From NCBI GenBank assembly GCA_048013815.1, contig CM106585.1, forward strand, positions 5,022,001-5,086,000: a stretch of 64,000 nt of DNA, in the 5' to 3' direction. The notes under the pieces were generated by a model that was not told where the DNA came from, searched no databases, and saw only the letters and a program-made list of their open reading frames with translations. Source of the stretch: Setoptus koraiensis. Taxonomy: Eukaryota > Animalia > Arthropoda. Made by a program: the position numbers and the translations under genes. Each line of letters begins with the position of its first letter. Position 1 is the first letter of the stretch. This document shows, piece after piece, positions 36,404 through 46,094 of the stretch.

Positions 36404-39400
36404 ATGTTTCATGAAGATGGTATGCCGGTCGTTGTTGCTGGGAATGGTCCCACGCATCAGAGTCACTCATATAAAGGACACAGCATGCAAGTAATACGAC
36501 TAAATGGTAAAAACTATTCCACATGGAAATTTGTTATTAAGAAGATGGTTACTCAACGAAAATTAGCTGGTGTAGTCTTCGAACAACCAGATACATCTTT
36601 ATCAGAAGAAGAAATCTCAAATAAAGATTACCAAGCTTGGGAGCTTATAACCTCATCGTTGGAGCAACATGTCCTAGAGAAAGTGGTAGTATGTGAAACG
36701 GCCAGAGACATTTGGGACAGATTGAAGAGAGTCTACGAGTTGGAGGGTGACGCCAACTTGAACTCGAATTTCGTAGCATTTTGCACCATGAGCATGACCC
36801 AGTCAGAAGAGATGTCTTCTTACATTGGGAAATTGGACATGCTCGTCGACAAGATCAAAAATCAGGGTGAAACATTAAGTGAAAAATTAATCCAAGCCAA
36901 ATTAGTAAGCAGCCTTACACCAGAATACGACGTTTTCCGTCAGGTATGGGACGCTACTCCAATCAAGACATACAAAATACTAGTTGATCGACTCAGCCAA
37001 GAAGAATCTAATCTAAAAGCGCGTCGACAATCAGATTTGCATGCAACAACATCAGCCTTATACACAAAGAACAATAACAATGATAGAAAGCCAAAGAAAT
37101 TCGGAGATAAAAGCAGTAGAGGCGAAATCTCGAAGAAAGAGAGTAAATGCCATTATTGTGGCAAAACTGGCCATTGGACATCGGATTGCTTCAAAAAGAA
37201 AGCAGACGAATCAAAAAGCAAAGAATCATCAACGTTCAAGCGTCCACCAAAGTATAGAGACGACTCAGACAGTAAGAATATTGCATTCATGGCTAGAACA
37301 ACAAACATCAATTCCAATGAAGGAATGAAATGGTACATCGATAGTGGCGCATCTAGCCACATGTGTAATGACAAGAACTCGTTCGAGTCTCTTGAATTTT
37401 TCGACATTCCGATACGGATTTTAGTAGGTAATGATGACTACATAGAAGCACATGGGAGAGGAACCATACCTTTCCATGCCTCCAATGAAGAAAACCTCAA
37501 ATGCTCACTACGACAAGTTCTGTTCGTACCAAAGATCACCGAAAACCTTATATCCGTTGGTGCTGCGGCTGATAACGGGGTTATAACCCTCTTTTACCCA
37601 CACAAATGCGTCTTGTTCTGCAATGATCAGGACAAGACAATCATAGCATACGGCTCGAGAATCAAATCTAGCGGTCTGTATCTGCTGGACCAACAAGCAC
37701 CTTGCAGAGCCTTGTACAGCAAGGTCAAACGAACATTGTCCCAATGGCATCCGGCCCTTGGACATGTCAACCATGATAGGATAAAAAGATTAGCAGGATC
37801 AAACCTTGTTGATGGTTTTGAATTAGTTGAGGAGAGAAAGCCAGCAGTATGTTCTGCATGCCCAGCAGGCAAGGCACCACGCGTCTCTCACCCCAGCTCT
37901 TCCAGAGAGAAGGCCAAAAGGGTTGGAGAGATAGTTCACCTAGACTTGATAGGTAAATTGCCTGATAGCCTAGGAGGCAGCAAATATCTTCTCGTGCTTG
38001 TCGATGAGGCCAGCAATTACATCACAGTTTATCCCCTAAAATCAAAGGATTTAGTTTATGAGAATCTGCAGGATTACTTTGCCATGGTCGAAAGTCAAAC
38101 CGGCAACAGAGTGAAAACGTTATGGTCCGACTGTGGATCGGAATTCATTAACCAACACGTTAAAACCCTGCTAGCAATTGAACACGCGACGATAATAACA
38201 AGTTCACCCAGGACGCCACAACAAAATGGCAAAGCGGAGCGAACTAACAGATCGATCATAGAATCCGCAAGAACAATGCGACTAGACTCCGGATTAGCTG
38301 AGCCATTATGGGCAGAAGCGTGCTGCACTGCGGCATACATCCTAAATCGCGTATCACTTGCACATGCGAAAGAGGTCACCCCATTCGAAATGTGGTTTTC
38401 AAGAAAACCTAGCCTATCTCACTTGAGAACTTTTGGCGAACCGATACAAATCCTCGATAAGGCAAGAACCGGTTCAAAATGGTCAACAAAAACCAAAAAC
38501 GCTTATTTGGTCGGATACACACAAAGATCCAACACATATCGTTGCTACGTACCAGAGGATAAAATGGTACAAATAACGAGCGACGCTATCTTTCGTCCAC
38601 ATCACCATTCACTCAACAACAATACAGATGATGATTATAACAATGCAGAGACTAGCGTTTCATTGCAAAGTCCACCAACGGATGAACATGGTACAGACAG
38701 AGGTCATCTAAACAATAACACCTCTGCACCTGAAACAATAATTGAGACTCTACAAAATGACACGAGCATTCCAACAGATAGTATTCCTGGTGCCGAGTTT
38801 GATGATAGCACAATAACAAACGCAAACAATGTCACCGTGCGCGAGGTCATGACCTATCGCGAGAATACAGATAATCCATCTGATAATTTCCAATCGACGC
38901 CTAAACAGATATTCACTATAGGCAAAACTGGCATATTAAACAAACCAACGACTCTCGCTGGGTACGTTGGATTGATAGCTAGAGCCGAGCCGCTAACGTA
39001 CAAACAAGCAATGAAAAATGACGATGCGAGCCTGTGGAAAGATGCTATTAAAGATGAGATATCATCTATGGCCAAAAACAAAGTCTGGTCATTTGCAAAC
39101 TTACCAAAGGGAGCGAAAGCAATCACCGCTAAATGGGTATTCCGGATTAAGTCCCTACCCACAGGCGAAGTAGACAAGTACAAGGCTCGCCTCGTCGCCA
39201 GGGGCTTTAACCAAAGACCTGGCCAAGATTATGTAGAAACATTTGCACCAGTAGTGAGACACGAGTCTATAAGACTCTTGTTTGCATTAGCAGCTAAGTA
39301 TCGAATGGAAATAATGCAATTCGATATAACTACTGCATTCCTCAACGGTACGCTTAAGGAGGAACTCTACATGGTTCCACCCGAAGGGCTAGAAAACAAA

Positions 39401-42400
39401 GACAACCAAGTTCTACGTCTACACAAAGCAATATACGGGCTTAAACAAAGTTCACGTTGCTGGTGTGAAAGTTTTACAAATATATTGAAAAATTGCGGCT
39501 TAACACCACTAGTATCTGACTCATGCATCTTCAAAGGCGAAGTAATTGGCGAAATGGTCTATCTAGGGATATACGTGGATGATGGCCTGGCCATATCAAA
39601 GTCGAGAAAGGCATTGGCACATCTGTTATCATCCTTAAACAAACACTTGAATCTCAAGGAAGTACAAACAAACATGTTTGTTGGTTTTGAGTTCAAAAGA
39701 GATGATAAGACAGGAAACATCCTTCTACATCAAAATGCCTATATCAACAAAATGTTAATCGCCTACAACATGAGTGAGTGTGCAACTGTAAAATCACCGA
39801 TGGCTGATGTGAAGAGTCTGATAAACAACAAAGATGCCTCGGTAAGCGTTCCATATCGAGAGCTGGTTGGCAGCCTGCTGTACGCAGCTTGCGCGACACG
39901 CCCTGATATAGCATTCAGCGTGAACACGCTCGCCAAGTTTAATGCAGCACCACAGGACATACACTGGGCTGCAGCTAAACGCGTGCTCCGATATCTGAAG
40001 GGCACAATAAACAGTGGGATTATCATGTTCGCTGAAAATGAAATGAAGGTCAACTGCTATACAGACGCAGACTGGGCAGGCGATGAAGAGACAAGCAAAT
40101 CCACAAGTGGAATTGCAGTATATATAGGCAAATCCCTTATTTGCTTTTCGAGCAAGAAACAGCAAACAGTAGCACTGAGCACAGCTCAGGCCGAATATCA
40201 TGCAGCAAGCTATGGAGTCATGGACCTCATATGGCTAAACACATTTCTCCACGAGCTTCAAATAGAACAATCAAAATGTGCCTTATTCATTGACAACCAA
40301 TCCACAATCGCTATGATTAAAAATCCAGTTCACCACACAAAAACACGACACATCGATATCAAACTACATCACGTGAGAGATCACTTTAAAGACGATCTCT
40401 TTGACATTAACTACGTAGACACTAATAACCAAAAGGCTGACATTCTAACCAAATGCCTAGCACCAAAAGTACACCAGGCAAATGTTAAAACAATGGGATT
40501 ATCCAACGGATTAATGACTTGCTTCGCACTAATGACAATCCTATCAACTGTCATGTGCGGGTTCCATGTCGAAGATTTGGTAGTATGGCGTCCGACTGAC
40601 ATAAAACATATAAGCGGACAGTCAGAAATAGACTTTATCCTAGGATTCCAAAACCCATGCAGTGCCATATTTGGAAATTTAACAACGTCACAAGTTTTAA
40701 ACATTAAACTGAAAACTGTTTGCGACAAGCGCTACGCATCAGAAATAGAAGTCAGCCTCGAAGAACTCACAACTCAACTGCAAAGAGTAAAAAGGGAACT
40801 CATCACAGCAGCAGTTCTTACAGTGACTGGCGTTACCGCAATGGTCATGTCAGCAGCAGCTGCAGTAAACAGTAACAACGCGAATAAGAAAGCTAATGTT
40901 CTGAGGGAGATTACAGATGACCTTAACTCACGGATCAGCTCAAATCAGGAGAAAATCATCATAGCGAATCAAAGAATCAATAAGAAGATAGCTGATATAG
41001 ACGACAGTATAGACATTCTGACCGAGGCATTGAAGTCTCAACCCGAAATCAATGATGTTTTGATCAAAACAATCTTCGATATATTAGAATCAAAGCGAAA
41101 AATCAAGCAACTCAAAGAAAGCCTCAAAGTTGGTTCACAAGCCCCACCGATGATAATTGATATGTTCAATTTGAAAGAGTATGCGTCTGTTACCACTTTG
41201 AGACACTCAACAGTGAAAGAACTAAAATACAACGATGGAGAGCTACAGCTTAAACTCAAAATATTGATGGCCAGCCCAGACATAGAAGTTTATAAAGCTG
41301 ACCCATTCAGTTACGAAGAAATGGACGGTAGAAGAACATGCGTATACAAATACACCGGACCAGCATACACAATGCATAACACAACAAACGACTGCATCCG
41401 ACAAGTATCAGCTGCAGAAGTAGATGTCGACACACTGTTTGGGGAAGGATGCACACAAAGAGAACCCATACATGACAAGCTTTACTATCACAAGACGCTT
41501 TGTCAAGGAGTGAACAAATATAACGTCGCTGCACCAATTGTCCAATACAAGCATGACAGTAAAGTATTGAAAATCAACTGCCAGGGCCATAAAATAATGT
41601 TGGGAGACACAGAACAAGACTGTCCTCCTTATGTATTTTCCGTGGAAGAAAACATTAGCTACAAAATCGACGGGACCACATTCTACAACGAAAATCTGAA
41701 TTTCTCACGTAATGCCATAGAGTACGAGATTCCATCAAAAATTAACTTACACCATAGGACATCAAGAAAGAAATTCGAATCCATGAGCGCTTCTGATATC
41801 ACCGATTTAAAGGCTGAGAAAAGTCAAGGCAAATACAAACATTTGAGCGACGAGTATGACAATATTGGCGATTCAATTAATATCATCAGTGCTCTAATAG
41901 GATACTTACACTTATCCGTTTTAACCACTGGTGCCTACATAGCGTATGGAGTCGGCATTGTATTCGCATGCCTTTACCTGAAAGCTCGACGCAACAGAAA
42001 ACGACAGAAAGTACCGGTAGCAGTAGCTGTCGCACTTCTGTCAATGGGAATGGTGACCGCAGACAGTTTTGATCACACATATTTCACACACACTTCAACA
42101 ATCCAAGAGGCCAACACCATGATTCAGGATTTACAACGTACTATGATCACAAGCAAATGCAATCCATGGAGCATGAACGAAAGCCACCAATTATGGAAGT
42201 CACGAGAAGGCAACTACCCTGTTAGCGTGTCCTGCTCATTAGCAAACACAAAGATTGACTGCCCATGCGAGCCACGCGACACATATGTGCCCATCGTCAG
42301 TGCGAATGAATTAAGAACAATTAAAGGATTCACAACTTTCGATTGCGAGCGTGCATTCCCATCCGGACAGGCCTACCATTACAGAACCGTAAAGGAGAGA

Positions 42401-42718
42401 GAGAAATACAAAATCCTTGAAAAATACCTCTGTGATACGGCCCCTGCGGAATATTGGAAGGAGGAAAGCATTAACGATTATGGCCAACTAGTGGCCTCTG
42501 CATGCCAATTAGCAAGGATGGCGTTAAATTGCCATTGCCCTTGCATACATGACTTCAGACCCCTCTATCGAGACCGTCTAAGTCTAGAGGCAACAAATCA
42601 AATCGTGACCGATATGGAAAGCAGATCGACAAAATGTCAAACTGCAAAAAGCAAGATTGCTCATGAAACAGAAATTCAAAAGAAATCAGTACGTTCGAGA
42701 CTAGAGTTGAGCGAGTAG
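36404..42718 (+). CDS. Gag-Pol-Env polyprotein, 2104 aa, single frame
   Basis: Gag LNGKNYSTW and CCHC knuckle CHYCGKTGHWTSDC (~37148); protease WYIDSGASSHM (37331); WHPALGH...CSAC; integrase HLDL, SDCGSEF, GKAERTNR; RT YKARLVARGF, LHKAIYGLKQS, YVDD (39572); RNase H YTDADWAGD, DNQS, QKADILTK; then about 740 further aa. Confidence 0.96.
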   Translation: MFHEDGMPVVVAGNGPTHQSHSYKGHSMQVIRLNGKNYSTWKFVIKKMVTQRKLAGVVFEQPDTSLSEEEISNKDYQAWELITSSLEQHVLEKVVVCETARDIWDRLKRVYELEGDANLNSNFVAFCTMSMTQSEEMSSYIGKLDMLVDKIKNQGETLSEKLIQAKLVSSLTPEYDVFRQVWDATPIKTYKILVDRLSQEESNLKARRQSDLHATTSALYTKNNNNDRKPKKFGDKSSRGEISKKESKCHYCGKTGHWTSDCFKKKADESKSKESSTFKRPPKYRDDSDSKNIAFMARTTNINSNEGMKWYIDSGASSHMCNDKNSFESLEFFDIPIRILVGNDDYIEAHGRGTIPFHASNEENLKCSLRQVLFVPKITENLISVGAAADNGVITLFYPHKCVLFCNDQDKTIIAYGSRIKSSGLYLLDQQAPCRALYSKVKRTLSQWHPALGHVNHDRIKRLAGSNLVDGFELVEERKPAVCSACPAGKAPRVSHPSSSREKAKRVGEIVHLDLIGKLPDSLGGSKYLLVLVDEASNYITVYPLKSKDLVYENLQDYFAMVESQTGNRVKTLWSDCGSEFINQHVKTLLAIEHATIITSSPRTPQQNGKAERTNRSIIESARTMRLDSGLAEPLWAEACCTAAYILNRVSLAHAKEVTPFEMWFSRKPSLSHLRTFGEPIQILDKARTGSKWSTKTKNAYLVGYTQRSNTYRCYVPEDKMVQITSDAIFRPHHHSLNNNTDDDYNNAETSVSLQSPPTDEHGTDRGHLNNNTSAPETIIETLQNDTSIPTDSIPGAEFDDSTITNANNVTVREVMTYRENTDNPSDNFQSTPKQIFTIGKTGILNKPTTLAGYVGLIARAEPLTYKQAMKNDDASLWKDAIKDEISSMAKNKVWSFANLPKGAKAITAKWVFRIKSLPTGEVDKYKARLVARGFNQRPGQDYVETFAPVVRHESIRLLFALAAKYRMEIMQFDITTAFLNGTLKEELYMVPPEGLENKDNQVLRLHKAIYGLKQSSRCWCESFTNILKNCGLTPLVSDSCIFKGEVIGEMVYLGIYVDDGLAISKSRKALAHLLSSLNKHLNLKEVQTNMFVGFEFKRDDKTGNILLHQNAYINKMLIAYNMSECATVKSPMADVKSLINNKDASVSVPYRELVGSLLYAACATRPDIAFSVNTLAKFNAAPQDIHWAAAKRVLRYLKGTINSGIIMFAENEMKVNCYTDADWAGDEETSKSTSGIAVYIGKSLICFSSKKQQTVALSTAQAEYHAASYGVMDLIWLNTFLHELQIEQSKCALFIDNQSTIAMIKNPVHHTKTRHIDIKLHHVRDHFKDDLFDINYVDTNNQKADILTKCLAPKVHQANVKTMGLSNGLMTCFALMTILSTVMCGFHVEDLVVWRPTDIKHISGQSEIDFILGFQNPCSAIFGNLTTSQVLNIKLKTVCDKRYASEIEVSLEELTTQLQRVKRELITAAVLTVTGVTAMVMSAAAAVNSNNANKKANVLREITDDLNSRISSNQEKIIIANQRINKKIADIDDSIDILTEALKSQPEINDVLIKTIFDILESKRKIKQLKESLKVGSQAPPMIIDMFNLKEYASVTTLRHSTVKELKYNDGELQLKLKILMASPDIEVYKADPFSYEEMDGRRTCVYKYTGPAYTMHNTTNDCIRQVSAAEVDVDTLFGEGCTQREPIHDKLYYHKTLCQGVNKYNVAAPIVQYKHDSKVLKINCQGHKIMLGDTEQDCPPYVFSVEENISYKIDGTTFYNENLNFSRNAIEYEIPSKINLHHRTSRKKFESMSASDITDLKAEKSQGKYKHLSDEYDNIGDSINIISALIGYLHLSVLTTGAYIAYGVGIVFACLYLKARRNRKRQKVPVAVAVALLSMGMVTADSFDHTYFTHTSTIQEANTMIQDLQRTMITSKCNPWSMNESHQLWKSREGNYPVSVSCSLANTKIDCPCEPRDTYVPIVSANELRTIKGFTTFDCERAFPSGQAYHYRTVKEREKYKILEKYLCDTAPAEYWKEESINDYGQLVASACQLARMALNCHCPCIHDFRPLYRDRLSLEATNQIVTDMESRSTKCQTAKSKIAHETEIQKKSVRSRLELSE
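40493..42010 (+). CDS. Env-like class I (F-type) fusion glycoprotein domain within the polyprotein
   Basis: Signal-like MGLSNGLMTCFALMTILSTVMCG; furin RVKR (40784-40795); hydrophobic ELITAAVLTVTGVTAMVMSAAAAV; long heptad-like helix; sequons NLT, NTT, NIS, NFS; 8 ectodomain Cys; TM 41882-41980; basic tail KARRNRKRQK. Confidence 0.8.
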
Positions 42719-42727
42719 AATGCACCG

Positions 42728-42740
42728 AAAATGGGGGGAG
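42728..42740 (+). promoter_or_regulatory. Polypurine tract
   Basis: AAAATGGGGGGAG immediately before the 3' LTR. Confidence 0.85.
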
Positions 42741-42915
42741 TGTTGAAATAATGTTCAGCACATTCGACTCACTCAAATTATCTGATCTGTGCACGACAAC
42801 TGTGCCGTGCACATCTGATCATGTTCACGCGCATCTTACTGTGCAAGACTATAAATATAACCAACATTCAATAATAAACTAGCTTTTGCTAAACATTCAA
42901 ATACAAGTTTCAATA
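42741..42915 (+). repeat. 3' LTR
   Basis: Identical to the 5' LTR; ends exactly at the gap. Confidence 0.95.
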
Positions 42916-43416
42916 NNNNNNNNNNNNNNNNNNNNNNNNNNNNNNNNNNNNNNNNNNNNNNNNNNNNNNNNNNNNNNNNNNNNNNNNNNNNNNNNNNNNN
43001 NNNNNNNNNNNNNNNNNNNNNNNNNNNNNNNNNNNNNNNNNNNNNNNNNNNNNNNNNNNNNNNNNNNNNNNNNNNNNNNNNNNNNNNNNNNNNNNNNNNN
43101 NNNNNNNNNNNNNNNNNNNNNNNNNNNNNNNNNNNNNNNNNNNNNNNNNNNNNNNNNNNNNNNNNNNNNNNNNNNNNNNNNNNNNNNNNNNNNNNNNNNN
43201 NNNNNNNNNNNNNNNNNNNNNNNNNNNNNNNNNNNNNNNNNNNNNNNNNNNNNNNNNNNNNNNNNNNNNNNNNNNNNNNNNNNNNNNNNNNNNNNNNNNN
43301 NNNNNNNNNNNNNNNNNNNNNNNNNNNNNNNNNNNNNNNNNNNNNNNNNNNNNNNNNNNNNNNNNNNNNNNNNNNNNNNNNNNNNNNNNNNNNNNNNNNN
43401 NNNNNNNNNNNNNNNA
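42916..43416. other. Assembly gap (501 N)
   Basis: Run of N; the track ORFs 42836-44338 and 42886-43431 cross it artefactually. Confidence 1.
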
Positions 43417-44017
43417 GACTGTCCAATGTGAAGCCGACAGCGATGCTTGTGAAAGACTTTTTAGCTGCTGTTACAGCACGATAAATCTCATCACTGGGAT
43501 ATGAGTGAATTTGATCACAGACAGTTCTTCCCATTCGTGGACAGTCTTTATTTTGTTTGGGTTTGAAAATCTTTCTTTCAGATGTTATTGGAGCACTTGG
43601 AATTATTGGCTGACCAACAATTAGTATAGTGTCGGGCTCTGGCTCAGCCTCATAAGTTGGCTTGGAGTAAAAAGGATTGTTCATCAATGAAGGAATAGCT
43701 TGTTGTTTGTATCGTCTATGATTATGTTGTTGCTTGAGATTGTCATCAATTAAAGTTCGTAACGGACTCGAATAATTGATGAAAGGACTGATGTTAACCC
43801 TTGATTTTTGTTGTTCATTTAAGCTGTTCGTCGTTGAACAATCAGGGCAATCTTTATTGATATAATCACTATTATTTGGAGGAGCAACTCTTCGATGGTT
43901 GTTGTTATGATGTGCCGATGATGGATGTATAAAAGTCTGATGACCCATGACTATGTTATTGACGGGACTAAGTGTTTCAGCCGACGAATAGATGACTATA
44001 GTAGAAAAAATTAACAT
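43417..44017 (-). CDS. Spaetzle/neurotrophin-family precursor, N-terminal part (cystine knot lost in the gap)
   Basis: Signal peptide MLIFSTIVIYSSA at ATG 44017 (frame open upstream to 44338); pro-domain motif CPRMGRTVCDQIHSYPSDEI resembles the Spz-family C-x-x-G-x-T-x-C-x-x-x-x-x-YP motif. The cystine knot is not visible. Confidence 0.65.
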
Positions 44018-44962
44018 CGTGATTACGGAGGAGATTTTTCTAGTGAAAAACAATTTCTTATTAACACTATTATGTGATGACGACGGTGATATTCTTTTGC
44101 AAATCGATTCGATCAATTGAGATAGCTCGCTAGTGTCGCCGAGTGAAATTACAACACGAGAAAGTTCTCTTAAAGCTTGTCGATTATTATATTGAACATT
44201 GGATAGTGATGACATGGTCATAAATTGCGTCTTCTTCTTATGATTTTCAGATATTGTTGACATTTTTCTTATAGAAGTAATTGATATAATAGATCCATAG
44301 TAATGATATCCACCTGATGCTTCTTTTAATTTTTCCATTGGAAAACTTTCGTTTGGTGCATCATCATCATCTCCACATCGTCATTGTCAACACATTCAAG
44401 AAATCGTTCTTAAGGTGGACACATTATATCTCAGGGTATCATAGAAAGGAATGGATTGTTTGTGCAAAGTGTTGACCATTACAAGTGTTTGTTGAGTTTT
44501 TGTTGTCGCCACAAAACTAAAGAAAAGAGACTAATTTTGAGTCTAATTACAACTAAATATTGCCCTCGCAATCAAGACAAGAGTACATTTTATATTTCTA
44601 AATGGTAAAACCATGCTTAACTAATCAAAGTGATAAGTCACGCAGCCAAACGCAACACCAGGCGAGCATTTTGAATTTAAACTTGTTAGCCAAGTATATT
44701 GATAGAAACAACAACAAGACAAACAACGACTTGAACAGTCATCAACAATTCTGTTAGTTAGAGTGAGGAGTCAGGCGATGGCGAGCTAATCGATGACGCC
44801 AGTTTGGATGATGATGAATTGAATCGTGTGATAGTGGACACCAAATTAATAATAACAGATCGTTTTAAAACACAATAGAACTAAAGAATCGGATCAAGAA
44901 TCTGCACTTGCATCTACAATCATTACAGAAAAATTTATTATCACCGTTATTATTTTATATGT

Positions 44963-46060
44963 ACATGCCAGTCGATCTAAATCAACTTATCCAACCAAGC
45001 TCTCGTCTGTTTGTATTTAGTTGTCACAACCGAGGTAAATGCTTCTGCTACGGCTAGCTGTTAGCCTGTTTGCTGTCCAGATATTCCAAATTGACAGTAT
45101 CACCTAATCTCTCTAGGACCTTGATATTATCATTCGGAGCTGCGACTTTTATGAATGTTTCGAACGGAATATCTTTGCTCAAATTCTTTGCGTACTCCAT
45201 ATCGGTGTGTTCATTCGCGACTGCCACCGGAACACGCACGACATGTTTGTGGCCGCTTTGAGCATAGCCCCTCAGAGCGAGCTCTATCTGTGGTCCTTGC
45301 CAAGCTACAGGTCCTACTTTTGATTGCCACACAAGGCTATAAGGATATTTCCGTTTCAGTCTGTGAATTATCGCTTGAACAGTTGCACCAACTTCACCGG
45401 TATAATCGTCACCCCTTTCTACCATCCAAATGGGTATAGAATAGGCGCTGAATAGGATGATAATTTGATCCCTGATCTCGTCCGTCAGATTTGCCATTTC
45501 TTTTTCGATTCTCTCGGCAAAAACATCAACTATAGCGTCAGCTACGGGCCATCTATCAATAAGAGACCATCTCTGAGTGGGTACGTCATTTCGAGGAATG
45601 TCTTTCTCTATACAATATCGAGCTATTTCATTTAAGCTGCTGCCTGTGGTGCTGCAACTGTATTGGGGATATTTAGATAAAAGAACAACATTTTCTACTT
45701 TATCTTGTTCCAAGCTTGCTACGGCACACTCAATATCTGGACGCGAGTAACGAAAACAGGTGTAGGCTTTGTGTGGACCAGTCGATGGACTTATTTTGTC
45801 TAAATGTTCTACCAGACCTTTACCTTGCTTTTCAGTCCATTCTTTCAGAGGGTCTCCTCCAATTTCATCGAATTTGGCCTTTAACTTGGGTGCTCTAAAC
45901 TTGGAGATCAATGGACCAAGCATTGACTGCATAGGCATCTTTATTATGTCTCTATCATTAAAAAAACTTTCTGACATCATCAACGTGTTCCGACTCTGGC
46001 CCACCCATGTTTAGCATGAGTACTGCAGTTTTTATTTTCGGAGAGTTGCCATTGTCATTG
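44963..46060 (-). pseudogene. Ferrochelatase pseudogene (duplicate of 61769-62986)
   Basis: No transit peptide; 11-nt frameshifting deletion near 45965; catalytic His changed (FSAH to FSAY); IETLHEL with the catalytic Glu deleted; premature stop before the Fe-S cysteines. Confidence 0.9.
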
Positions 46061-46094
46061 AACCAAGATACCCGATGATTGGCGTTAGTGACTG

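Larger units (their letters stand above)
36152..42915 (+). mobile_element. Full-length Ty1/copia LTR retrotransposon carrying an env-like gene
   Basis: Two identical 175-bp LTRs, PBS, PPT and a single ORF in copia domain order PR-IN-RT-RH. The target-site duplication cannot be checked because the 3' LTR abuts the N gap. Confidence 0.96.

Noticed and set aside
42836-43431. Track ORFs spanning the N run
   Set aside because: Artefacts of translating N as X.
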